Assembly: GCA_031411295.1 (NCBI GenBank)
Contig: JANOAV010000189.1
Span: forward strand, 1-64,000
Direction of reading: 5' to 3'
DNA length: 64,000 nt
Source of the DNA: Verrucomicrobiales bacterium
GTDB taxonomy: Bacteria > Verrucomicrobiota > Verrucomicrobiia > Verrucomicrobiales > V1-33
Shown piece by piece: positions 52,922 to 62,800 of the stretch. The position numbers and the translations under genes are program-made. The notes beneath the pieces were generated by a model. That model ran no database searches, had not been told where the DNA came from, and saw nothing but the letters and a program-made list of their open reading frames with translations. The first letter of the stretch is position 1. Each line of letters begins with the position of its first letter.

Positions 52922-55216
52922 TTAGAATCGGAAACCGACTCCAGCACCCCAGCCATATTCATTGTGATACTGGCCCACGAGAGAGAGGTTCTTGTGCAGG
53001 AAATAGGCGACTCCTACGCTGGTCTCCCACCGCGCTTTGGTGTCATACTGGGCCCGGCCAAACAGTGAAAGGCGGGCGGTGATGGGGAAGGCTTTGCTGG
53101 CGGTGAAACGAAAGTCGCCATCCGTGTCCACCGAAGCTTGGGATTGGATCAGGAACGGCAGGAGGTAGCGCGCGCCGAACATGCCGCGATCCTCGTTGAT
53201 GCCGTTGCTCCATTCGTAGCTGGCGAAGACGCTGAGGTTACTGTTGATAAAGCGGTCGTAATCAATGCCCAGCTCATAGTCGCTTTCACTGCCATTGCCG
53301 ATGCGCGACTGCCAGTGGGCCATGAGACCGTTGCGATTGTTTTCCCAGGATGCGGTGCCTTCGGTCAGGTTGGAAAGCAGGATGCCTTCCCCAAAGAGGA
53401 ACTTCGGATCGTGTTCCGTCATCATGGCACCCGTCATGAGATGAGGATTCGGCGGGGCATCCTCATAGTGGACGACACGGGCCATGCCGATGGCGAGGTG
53501 ATAAAGGACGTGGCAGTGCATCATCCAGTCGCCCGGCTCATCAGCGGCAAACTCGATGGTGTGGCTGGTCATGGGCGGCACATCCACCGTGTGCTTCATG
53601 GGCGAGAAGTTTCCGGCGCTGGTGACAAGGCGGAAGAAATGCCCGTGCAGATGCATGGGATGGTGCATCATTGAATCATTGATGAAGGTGAAGCGCACCT
53701 TCTCGCCTTGGCGCACATTGATCATGTCCGCCTCAGAGAAGGTCTTGCCATCCAGCGTCCAGACAAAGCGGATCATGTCGCCCGTGAGATGAAAGGTGTA
53801 TTCGCGCAACGGGCGGGAGTCAGAGATCACGGTGGAACGCAGGGCACGCAGTTTTTCATACGGGCTGCCGGGGCGATCCGGGTCATCCATGCCCTGCATT
53901 CCAGCCATGGGCGGCATGGCTTGAGTGGTGGCGCGGCCTTGCTTCTCGGTGGGCATTGGCATCGTGCTGTGATCCATGCCTTTCATGTCGGCCATGGCGT
54001 CAGGTGTATTCGTGGTCTTGGGTGGCGACATGCCTTTCATGCCTGCCATCGTGCTGTGATCCATCGGGGGCTCAGGCTCGGCCATGTCGCCTTCACCCAT
54101 GCCCGCCATGCTGCTGTGATCCATGCCCTTCATGTCAGCTTTGCCTTTCATGTCAGCCATGCCGCTCATACTACCCATGTCACCCATGTCACCCATTCCA
54201 GCCATCGGCTTATAGACATTGGGCTTCGGCACATCAGGTGCGGCGTGCCGTTCTCCCTGGCCGATGAACAGGCTGCTGTGGCCGGTGCCATCTTGCGAGG
54301 TAGCACGCAGCTCCCAGGCTCCGCCACTTTTTGGCACTTTCACCAGCAGGTCGTAAGTTTCAGCGATGGCGAAAAGAAAACGCCCGGTCGCCACGGGCTG
54401 CACATCGGTGCCATCGGCGGCAATGATCTTCATCGGCCCGCCGGCATATTCGAGATGGTAGTAGCTGGCGGCGCTGGCATTGATCATCCGCAGGCGCAAC
54501 GTTTCACCGGGCCGCGCTGCAAACTCGGCGGCGGGCTTTCCATTCGCGAGAAAGGCGTCATAGCCCACATCGGAGAAGTCCATCGCTGGCATCCGGCTCC
54601 TGGAGCGCTTGATCATGTCCGGCAGCGCGTCGTGCTGGATGGCACCGACGATACTTTGCGCTGTGCCTTTCTTGATCTGCTGCCACTCGCGGCCCGCGCG
54701 GAGTTGTCCGAGCACATCATACGGGCGTTCATTGGTCCAGTCGGAGAGCATCACCACGAGGTCGTGATCGGCTCTGATACGCTCACCGCCCTTGGGCGTG
54801 ATGACAATGCTGCCGTAAATGCCAAGCTGCTCCTGAAGGACGCTGTGGGAGTGATACCAGAAGGTGCCGCTCTGCCGCAAACGGAATCGATATTCACGCG
54901 TATCGCCAGGTTTGAGGGCAGCCATGGTCACATGGGGCACGCCGTCCTGGTCATTGGGCACTAGCAGACCATGCCAGTGGATGGAGGTCTCTTCCTTCAG
55001 GTCATTGCGCACGTGCAGCACAGCATCGTCGCCTTCCATGAAACGCAACGTTGGGCCTGGCAGGCTACCGTTGATGGTCATCGCCTTTTGTCCGCCTTTG
55101 ACCGGGCCATCGGTCTGCGCCAGAACCAAGTCATAGTTCACGGTCTTGGCGCACAAGGCCGAGGATACGGACAGGAGAAATAGCCACACCAGAGGACGGA
55201 TAGCACGGGAGCGCAT
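52922..55216 (-). CDS. Multicopper oxidase (CopA/PcoA type) with Met-rich insert and C-terminal beta-barrel-like domain
   Basis: HWHG, WYHSH, HPMHLHGH and HCHVLYHLAIGM copper motifs; MAGMGDM/MDHS repeats; ends GVGFRF. Confidence 0.92.
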   Translation of the reverse strand: MRSRAIRPLVWLFLLSVSSALCAKTVNYDLVLAQTDGPVKGGQKAMTINGSLPGPTLRFMEGDDAVLHVRNDLKEETSIHWHGLLVPNDQDGVPHVTMAALKPGDTREYRFRLRQSGTFWYHSHSVLQEQLGIYGSIVITPKGGERIRADHDLVVMLSDWTNERPYDVLGQLRAGREWQQIKKGTAQSIVGAIQHDALPDMIKRSRSRMPAMDFSDVGYDAFLANGKPAAEFAARPGETLRLRMINASAASYYHLEYAGGPMKIIAADGTDVQPVATGRFLFAIAETYDLLVKVPKSGGAWELRATSQDGTGHSSLFIGQGERHAAPDVPKPNVYKPMAGMGDMGDMGSMSGMADMKGKADMKGMDHSSMAGMGEGDMAEPEPPMDHSTMAGMKGMSPPKTTNTPDAMADMKGMDHSTMPMPTEKQGRATTQAMPPMAGMQGMDDPDRPGSPYEKLRALRSTVISDSRPLREYTFHLTGDMIRFVWTLDGKTFSEADMINVRQGEKVRFTFINDSMMHHPMHLHGHFFRLVTSAGNFSPMKHTVDVPPMTSHTIEFAADEPGDWMMHCHVLYHLAIGMARVVHYEDAPPNPHLMTGAMMTEHDPKFLFGEGILLSNLTEGTASWENNRNGLMAHWQSRIGNGSESDYELGIDYDRFINSNLSVFASYEWSNGINEDRGMFGARYLLPFLIQSQASVDTDGDFRFTASKAFPITARLSLFGRAQYDTKARWETSVGVAYFLHKNLSLVGQYHNEYGWGAGVGFRF

Positions 55217-55248
55217 GAGCGGAGATGTTTGCGGCGGGGGTCGTCCGG

Positions 55249-55380
55249 CTACATCCTGGCGTGCTCTGCGGCGGACATGCCGGGCATGGATTGACCCGCA
55301 GGAGCCTTCTTGGAGAACGTGCAACTGCTCACGGCGAGGAGGGTAAGGGCTGCCATGGTGATGGTAATGAATTTGATCAT
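55249..55380 (-). CDS. 43-aa putative lipoprotein with Met/His motif (below the ORF-track cut-off)
   Basis: MIKFITITMAALTLLAVSSCTFSKKAPAGQSMPGMSAAEHARM; lipobox VSSC. Confidence 0.65.
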   Translation of the reverse strand: MIKFITITMAALTLLAVSSCTFSKKAPAGQSMPGMSAAEHARM

Positions 55381-55534
55381 AGTCGTTTGTGGTTTGAGTT
55401 TGTTTGAAGTGCACCAGTTGTGGGTGCGGTAAAATGACGTCGTTATTTTTTATGCCCTGAGTGCTGATGGCGGAAGCTCCCCGGTTTGCGAACCCCCACA
55501 GAAATTTTTTTGAGGGAGCGACCATTACTGAGGC

Positions 55535-55921
55535 TCACGGTTCCACCGCCTCCTTCATGATTTTAACAAGCGTGTCCTCGACGTTCCGCGCGACCCCTTC
55601 GAGTTGAGGCGTGTTGAACATCGCCAGCAGGGTGGTGGGCTTCAGTGTCGCGAGAATCGTTTTACCGCCCTCCTCATAAATGGAGATCCGACACGGCAGC
55701 GCGGTGGAGACGCTCATATTTTCAACGAGCACCTGTTTTGCCTGCTGGGGCTGACACACCTCAAAGATGAGGCATTCGGGCCCGAACTCGACACCTTTCT
55801 TCATCATGGTTTCTTTGAGGTTATGCACCTGCATGACGCCAAAATGATTGGCCTGGACGGTGGTTTGCAAGGCAGTTGCAACCTCAGTCACGGTTTTGTC
55901 ACTGGAGAATTTAATGAGCAT
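55535..55921 (-). CDS. DUF302 domain protein
   Basis: FGVMQVHNLKETM...IFEVCQP...ALPCRISIYEE. Confidence 0.85.
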   Translation of the reverse strand: MLIKFSSDKTVTEVATALQTTVQANHFGVMQVHNLKETMMKKGVEFGPECLIFEVCQPQQAKQVLVENMSVSTALPCRISIYEEGGKTILATLKPTTLLAMFNTPQLEGVARNVEDTLVKIMKEAVEP

Positions 55922-55974
55922 AAGTTTGTTTTCCTGGGGTGAGAGTTTGTTTTGTGGCAGCACGGGTCTGTGAA

Positions 55975-56088
55975 TCATTTTTTGGACACCCTTTTGATCA
56001 GGACGACCAGCAGGACCACCACCAAGGTGCCGATCACTGTCCAACCTCCCGACCATCCACCCATCCATCCGTCAGTATGGTCCATCAT
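55975..56088 (-). CDS. 37-aa single-pass membrane peptide
   Basis: MMDHTDGWMGGWSGGWTVIGTLVVVLLVVLIKRVSKK. Confidence 0.55.
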   Translation of the reverse strand: MMDHTDGWMGGWSGGWTVIGTLVVVLLVVLIKRVSKK

Positions 56089-56302
56089 AAAAATCCTTTC
56101 TTGTGCCGCAACCAGCCCACCTTCTGGATCTTCAGAAAGTGAGTGGAGGCAGCGGTGTTTATGGAAGTAGCGACAGGGGGTTCGGAGCAATCTCTCGCTG
56201 CCGGACCTCGGCGCTCAGGCATCATTTCTGCGCGTCTTTATGCTCTTTGTGGGCATCTGCTGATTTTTCGTCCATACCCTTCATCCCTTTCATCATCGGG
56301 CA

Positions 56303-56692
56303 CTACGCCATGGATTCTTTGCCCATCTCCATGTGCTTCATCATGTGTTTCATCATCTCCTCCTCCATCTTTGCCTTTCGTGCATCCATCGCGATCCTCT
56401 GCTCCAGAGTGTGGGTGATGAGGGCCGCCATCAGCTCCAATTTCTTGTCCGGCGAAGCGCTGTTCATCTTGGCGACCCGTTCGGTGAGATCGGCATTTTG
56501 AGCTTTCATGTCCGCCTTCATTTCCTCCTTCTCTTCCTTCATCTTCTCACAGCCTTCCATCATTTTACCTGCCATCTGCTTCGCCTCCGCTGGCTCAGCG
56601 GATTGCGATTGGACTGGAGACCAGATTGCCAGGGTCATGGCCAAGGCGAGGCTGGAACGGATGAGGAGGTTCGTGGGCGCTTTACTTTTCAT
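56303..56692 (-). CDS. Met-rich periplasmic helical protein (probably truncated by a premature TAG)
   Basis: Signal peptide; MAGKMMEGCEKMKE...MMKHMMKHMEM; the Met/His-rich frame continues past the stop to 56222. Confidence 0.8.
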   Translation of the reverse strand: MKSKAPTNLLIRSSLALAMTLAIWSPVQSQSAEPAEAKQMAGKMMEGCEKMKEEKEEMKADMKAQNADLTERVAKMNSASPDKKLELMAALITHTLEQRIAMDARKAKMEEEMMKHMMKHMEMGKESMA

Positions 56693-56946
56693 GGTTGATT
56701 GCTTTTTTTTGTAAGGTTTTGCCGTCCGGCTAATCTGGGCCGAAAGTTATAATGCACCGGTGGAGGCCGCGCTGCCATGGGGTGTTCACCCCAAACAGTC
56801 AGGTGTTACCTTCTGCTGCTGATGGGGGGGTGATCGATTGGTTTTGATCAATGCGGCATGCTGACATGCGTTACGGACACCTGTGGTTTTACCCAAGCTG
56901 GCAGGTGCTCTGGCTTGTCCAACCGGGCCACGCTGCAAAGGTTCCT

Positions 56947-57855
56947 CTAAACCTTTGCCCTTAGTTTGGCGCGATAGGCGCGTGGGGACATGCCAGTCAC
57001 CTGTTTGAAGGTCCGGTTGAATTGTGAGAGTGATTTGAATCCCGTGTCGTAGGCGATCTCTGTGATTTGCAGTCGAGGATTCCGCAGCAGATTTTTTACC
57101 TTTTCGATCCGGACGCGTGACACATAGTCTGTGAAAGTAAGTCCCGTGGACTTGTGGAAGAGATCGCTGAAATACCCGGCACTGACGTTCACCGCCATGG
57201 CTACCTTGCCGAGCGAGATTTCGTCGGAAGAATTCGCGCGCACGATGGCCTTGGCCTGCTTGATGGATTTTGGCTCCAAGGTTTGCGGTTCCACCTGCAA
57301 CGCCCTGGCACACTCCGATAAATGGTTGGCGAAAATATGTAGTAAGCGCAACATGGCCGCATATTGCTGCTCGCCCAGCACCTTGGTGGCAAACCAAGCC
57401 TCTTCAGCTTGTTTGAGATCCACTTCAGTTCCCATCGCGATCAAGCGTTGCGCCACTTTGCTGAAGCATTTGGCATCAGGGCGATGCAGTTGAATCTGCC
57501 CCGTCTGTAAGAAGGCGATGATCTTCTCCCCCACACGCACGGGAACGGCACTTTCACACAAACCAGCAAAGCAATGCAACGAGCGTGGCTCCATCCCCGC
57601 CTGCTGCTCTACTTTTTGCTGCAAGGCGAAGCAGGCGGCACAGGCCTGATTACTTTTGGCCATGAGCAGGCAGAAGGGATTCCCACCAGGTCTGAGCGCC
57701 AGCTTCCCGCTGGCACCTCCTGGTTCATGCAAATGCAACGGCAAGCCAGTCGCGCTCTCGAACGCGTTCTGATAGTCCTGAAACACGCTGCTCTCCGACA
57801 GGGTTGCGGTCAGAGAGCCAGGACGAGCCAAAGGTTTAGAAGTGGATTGCGACAT
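56947..57855 (-). CDS. AraC-family regulator with PocR ligand-binding domain
   Basis: FESATGLP, NPFC...CAAC, CFAGLCESAVPV and C-terminal ITEIAYDTGFKSLSQFNRTFK. Confidence 0.9.
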   Translation of the reverse strand: MSQSTSKPLARPGSLTATLSESSVFQDYQNAFESATGLPLHLHEPGGASGKLALRPGGNPFCLLMAKSNQACAACFALQQKVEQQAGMEPRSLHCFAGLCESAVPVRVGEKIIAFLQTGQIQLHRPDAKCFSKVAQRLIAMGTEVDLKQAEEAWFATKVLGEQQYAAMLRLLHIFANHLSECARALQVEPQTLEPKSIKQAKAIVRANSSDEISLGKVAMAVNVSAGYFSDLFHKSTGLTFTDYVSRVRIEKVKNLLRNPRLQITEIAYDTGFKSLSQFNRTFKQVTGMSPRAYRAKLRAKV

Positions 57856-57947
57856 GCTGCATGGTGTTAAACCAACCAAGGCCAAAACCCTTGGCATTTT
57901 ACGAATTTATTTTGCGCCAGTGCTTACGCTTCCATCCATGGCAGATC

Positions 57948-58532
57948 TCATCTGCGCAAATTTGCGAGCTGAACCTTGAGGATCTGCCGGGCGCGATAGA
58001 TTCTCGTCTCCGCGGCTTTGGCGCTGCATCCCGCGATGGCGGCTATTTCCGCGTAGCTCATCGATTCGTAAATGAAGAGGGTCATGGCTTCCCGCAATTC
58101 CAGCGGGAGGACTTGAAATGCTCGCTGGACTTCACGGCAAGCTTCCGCGCTGGAGGCTGCTTGATCTGGCGGTGGGCTGGGGTCGGTGACCTCAATGGGC
58201 GTCACCAGGTCGTCGCCATTGTCATCCAGCGAGATCGTGGGGTGGCGCTTCTTCCAGCGAGCCTGATTGCGGCCAAGGTTGGCTGCGATGGCAAAGAGAT
58301 ACGTCGAGAATCTCGCTTCAGCGCGGTAGCGGTTTCGCGCTTGATAGAGTTTCACAAACGTTTCGTGAGCCAGCTCTTCCGCAGTTCCGGTGTGTCCGGT
58401 CATTTTATAGAGAAACGAGGCCACACGAGCTTTCCAGCGCAGCATCAAGGCATTCAGAGCCAAATCGTCGCCCCCGGCAAGGCGGATCATTAATTCCGCA
58501 TCGGTGGCCTCTATGGATTGTGGCGACGACAT
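57948..58532 (-). CDS. ECF sigma-70 factor (CnrH-like position)
   Basis: AEELAHETFVK, FSTYLFAIAAN and SYAEIAAI...ETRIYRARQ. Confidence 0.9.
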   Translation of the reverse strand: MSSPQSIEATDAELMIRLAGGDDLALNALMLRWKARVASFLYKMTGHTGTAEELAHETFVKLYQARNRYRAEARFSTYLFAIAANLGRNQARWKKRHPTISLDDNGDDLVTPIEVTDPSPPPDQAASSAEACREVQRAFQVLPLELREAMTLFIYESMSYAEIAAIAGCSAKAAETRIYRARQILKVQLANLRR

Positions 58533-58533
58533 A

Positions 58534-59013
58534 CTAGTGATCGTGCAGATTGCTTGGTTCACTATGGGAAAAATCCAAGGCGAAAGGAAGCATCGTTTTC
58601 AGATACCGGCTTGCTTGCTCTGGCCTGAGGGTTGCGGCGGTCTGGTAGAGGTGCTGCAGCATGGACTCCTGACATTCTAAATGGAGCTCGGCATGGGCCT
58701 TCAGGGCCGCATGATATTCCTCTGAAATAGCATTGTTAGCCGAAGCGATGGTTGTTATCTTATGATGGGCCGCAGCAATCCGTCGGCACATCTCGACGCA
58801 CTTCGGGCGATAGGCTTGATGGAGATCCCGAACCTGGATGACCTGAGCTTCAGATAGGCCCAGGTCATCCTCTAGCCAAGTCAACTCAGGCATGGAGTCG
58901 AGGGCAATACCTGAGCGGTAATTATGCCCCCGCTCCCGCTGCCAGCGCAATCCATAGAACGCCACCAACCCGGCCAGCAGGGCTATGATGAGCACGAAGC
59001 CCCCCCGTTTCAT
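58534..59013 (-). CDS. Periplasmic heavy-metal sensor (CnrX/Spy-like)
   Basis: ELTWLEDDLGLSEAQ...LHQAY.PKCVEMC...HL...LRPEQ. Confidence 0.8.
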   Translation of the reverse strand: MKRGGFVLIIALLAGLVAFYGLRWQRERGHNYRSGIALDSMPELTWLEDDLGLSEAQVIQVRDLHQAYRPKCVEMCRRIAAAHHKITTIASANNAISEEYHAALKAHAELHLECQESMLQHLYQTAATLRPEQASRYLKTMLPFALDFSHSEPSNLHDH

Positions 59014-59363
59014 CGCGCTCCTCCATCCTGTGGTTCAGCGAATGGGCTGATTGATTCGATGTAGGCCAACTTGCCGGAGACTTTGGCAGGGCGTTCTTTG
59101 AGACCCAACCACGCCCCGGTTGTGACCATCGTCAGCACCGCAGCGGTGGCCACGGCAGGACGGCCAAGCCATACCAAGCGAGCCTCGACGAATTGGGCCA
59201 TCCGCGCGGATGGGGTGGCTGCCTGAGCGGTTGCAATTCGACGCCAGACTTCCGATTGAAACGAATGGTGTAGCGGGATGGTAGCTTGGGCGGATCGCAG
59301 CACAGCATCGAAATCAGCTTCGTGCTGTAGGTTGGGAGGGGGATTTTGGGGCGCAGAATCCAT
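59010..59363 (-). CDS. Putative single-pass anti-sigma factor (CnrY-like)
   Basis: FQSEVWRRI, one TM segment and YIESISP; overlaps the sensor gene. Confidence 0.65.
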   Translation of the reverse strand: MDSAPQNPPPNLQHEADFDAVLRSAQATIPLHHSFQSEVWRRIATAQAATPSARMAQFVEARLVWLGRPAVATAAVLTMVTTGAWLGLKERPAKVSGKLAYIESISPFAEPQDGGAR

Positions 59364-59375
59364 GGAAGGTGATAG

Positions 59376-59648
59376 TTAATTGAGTTTGGCGAGATATTTC
59401 GTGGGATTCTTTTTGAATTTGTCCACACAAGGCTTGCAGCAGAACTTCATTTCCTGCCCCTGATACACGATGCGCTGTTCGTCGCCCATCGAACCCAGAT
59501 CATTTCCGGTAACGACACAGGTGGTGAGCGGATAAGGCTTCACTCCGCTAGTGACGGCTGAATCGGAACCCGTCTTGCCCGTGCTGGCGCAGGAGCTAAG
59601 GACGAGGGTGACTGCTGCGAAGATTGCTGCGGGAATTGTAATTTTCAT
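59376..59648 (-). CDS. YHS/TRASH-like metal-binding lipoprotein
   Basis: Lipobox LSSC; YPLTTCVVTG...KFCCKPC.DKF..NP.KY. Confidence 0.8.
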   Translation of the reverse strand: MKITIPAAIFAAVTLVLSSCASTGKTGSDSAVTSGVKPYPLTTCVVTGNDLGSMGDEQRIVYQGQEMKFCCKPCVDKFKKNPTKYLAKLN

Positions 59649-59839
59649 AGTATTGTATTTTGGAAGGGAGTTTGCTGCAGATGAATTTCTACAACTACTC
59701 AGTAAATGTCCACGGTAGCTCCAAACCCTCAGATTATTTTCGGGCGGAGCAATCATGTTTGGAGAAGTTGATCTGGTTGCGCTGCGATCCCTCAGTCCCA
59801 CCTCACTGCAGAATCACAAAATCGCCCTGCGTTTCGGGG

Positions 59840-62800
59840 TTACTTCAGTTGCACGTTGGTCCGGTAGAAATATCGCGTGCCATCAGCAATGGTGGCGGGG
59901 CCGCGGATGATCATGATTCTATCCCCAGGGTTGGGCCCGTTGATGATTTCTGTGGTGGGTGCCAGAGTGCGGGCGTCCACCCAGGTGGTTATATCTGGGG
60001 AGCCCTGCGGCAGAATGATGGCGTCGTCGGCGTTGGCTTTGAAGGGGAACCGAATTTCAATTTCTCCGGCGCCATGTTTCACGACCTCGGGTAGGGCAGG
60101 CATTTGGAAACCGTTAGTGTCACTGGTGCCGAGGGCGTATTCTACCAAGGCTGGGAAGCCGTCCTTATCGGCATCGCCCAGGGGATTCACGGTGAGCCTG
60201 AGGGCATCGCTGGCTCCGGGATTGCCGTTCGTTTGGATACTGCTGCGCTGGTGGGCGGCATCGTAGTTGAGATCTTCGGGGCGCATGATGACGAGGCTGG
60301 GGCCGCCGCCATCGGAGTCGCCTGCACCCACGTAGGTGACGGTGGCGAGGACGGTTCCGAACGTGCTGGTTAGGGTGAGGGTCTCGCCATTGTTGGAAAG
60401 TTTCCCGCCATAGACTCCGTTGGGCACGATGCTATTGCCATAGCGCAGGGCGAAGGCATCCGCGTGTTTGACGAGTAGGATCTTGGCACCTGGCGGGAAA
60501 ATGGAACCAGCGGGAAAGGTGTAGCTGATGCCGGCGGTAAACGTGGCCCCACTGAGGTTGACGTTGCTGGTGCTGAGGTTCGTGAGTTCGAGAAACTCAA
60601 AGACATCAGAATCCGCATAGGCCGCCAGTTGGGTGGCATTGAGTCCGACGGCTTCAGCGGTGGTGAGATCCACGGGATGATAGTGGATCTCGGAAATGAC
60701 CAGGTTCTGATTCGTGGCCGGAGTCACATCGACGAGGAATTGAGCTTCCGTCAGCGCGCTCCAATTTCCGTTGAGCAAGGTGCGAGCTTTCACGGTGGTG
60801 GTAGCGCTGAGGGGGATGCTGCTGGCATACTCAGAGCCGACGGCGGCACCACCGATGGCGCGGGGATCGGTGCCGTTAGTGCTGAAATAAATCGTGCCCG
60901 CCGGAACGTCTGTGGAGGTCATGGTGAGCCCAAACGCCGGGGGAATGTTGCCGCCGTGTTGACTAAAGACGGGGGCCACGACATTCGGATAGAGCGGGGC
61001 GCTGCCGATCGCCAAGGCGGAGGTGAGGCGATAGTTGCGCAACTGCTGCACCACCGTTTCCGTGCGGCCATTGAGCCAACCACGAGCAACCCCCACGGCA
61101 GAGGACCATTGCGCGTCATTTAGGCTAGTGGAACCCCAACGCTGGGCGTGCGCTTTGACAGCCAGATTGATTTGGCTGGCCAGATCGTCGATGCGCGCCT
61201 GGGAACTGGTGGTCGTCATGACGCCGCCATTGAAGAAATGCCGATGCGCGCGATCCGCCACTTTGAGGCGGAACTCAGGGCTGGCGCAGAGGTCCTGGAA
61301 GAGCCATTGTGGGTTGGAGTAAATGAAGTTGTTCTGATTCGTGGCCGCAGTGGGATTGGAGGGCCACGGCCCCGTGCGATCATTTTGGCTGGCCCCGGCT
61401 CCCACCGTGTGTTCCGCATCGTGGGTGTAGAACGTGAAGCCTTGATCCTGGTTGACGCGACTGCGCAGGCTGAACCAATTGTTGGCCCGCTCACTGCCCA
61501 GAAAGGCGGAGAGCGGAGCATCACCATCGCCTGTGTAGAAGATGGTGAGCAGGTAATCGATGAGACTGGTTTCGTCCACCAGCACGGGGTAAGTGGGGTT
61601 CCGGGTGCCATCGGGATTCTTGCCGAGGATTTCGAAATAAGCCGCGGTGGTGGGCGCTGCGGCCAGCGCGCGGGCTTTATCCCAGAGGAGTTTCCAGGCT
61701 GCGGTGGTGGTGCCGCCGCCGACTAACGGCTGGGTGTCCAAGTAGCCGCTGGTAGCTTCGGTGGCGAATCCTCCATTGTGGTTGGCGGTCTTGATGACAT
61801 CGTAATCATCTTTATTGCCCCCGAAATACGCCTCGCCATAACCGCCGGAGACGCGTTCATCGAAGTAAAACAGGCCCCAATACAGACCGTTGAGATAGAG
61901 CTGAAAATATTTATTCCGGCAGGCAGGCGAACCCGTGGCCAGCAACGTGGTGCGGGAAAAGGGATCTCGCACCATGGTATCACTCGCGTCGCCCCCCTGC
62001 CAACTGTAGTTCTGGCTGCTGGCGAGATCGATGACGTCATATTGACTGGCTCCGGTATTGCCGAAGATGGGAAACTCCAGTTTCCCCGCGCCATACTCGC
62101 CCCGGAAATAAGCCCGGAAGCTATGCTTCGGCACGGTGCTGCTGCGACTGGCTCCGCCCCGAATCCGCAGGCCGAAATTCTGCTGAATCTTCCCCTGCTG
62201 ACCGACTGCTCCGTTGGGATCCAACCACTCGAATGACGCGGGCCGTTCCCATTCATCGCCATGGCCGCCGGCGTTGGCGTAGATGCCCGTCCCGGCATCG
62301 AAGAGATTGGCCATTTCCGTGACCACCGAGACGGTTGGAATCTGAGTTAGCGCGGCCTGCAGGGCGGCATCGCCATAGAGCGCGCGGACCGCAGGATCCA
62401 TCCCATAGTTGACGGAATTGGCACCCCAACTGACGGGCCAACCGGTGGGAGCTTGGCCGTTGGCGGCTTGAGCGACGACGTCGCTGAGAAAAATGTAGGT
62501 GTTCGTATCCACGTTCGTCGGCTTCCAATTCGTCTTGAACGCCCGGGCGCGGAGGACCGTCGTTTGTGAAATGGTCAGCGGACCGGAATAGAGCGTGCCT
62601 TGGCCGGGTTCCGGCTCCTCGCCATTCGTGCTATACCAGATGTCCACGCCTGGGGTTAGGCTCGTGATGGCCACGGTCTGCGCGCTGGTGTAGAAACCGC
62701 GTTTCACGGAGAAACTGGTGTCCGCCACGGTGTCGATAAACCAAGTCGAGTTGTTCTGCGCGCCTGGAGTCGGCGTCGTTAGGTAACTGGCGAAGGCATT

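Noticed and set aside
53880..54210. DNA repeats such as TGCTGTGATCCAT
   Set aside because: They are explained by the MDHS/MxGM Met-rich repeats within the multicopper oxidase.
55440..59740. Shared ECF promoter motif upstream of the cluster operons
   Set aside because: Only loose similarity (TCTG[AT]GGG..., ACT[CG]AG) with inconsistent spacing; motif discovery would be needed.
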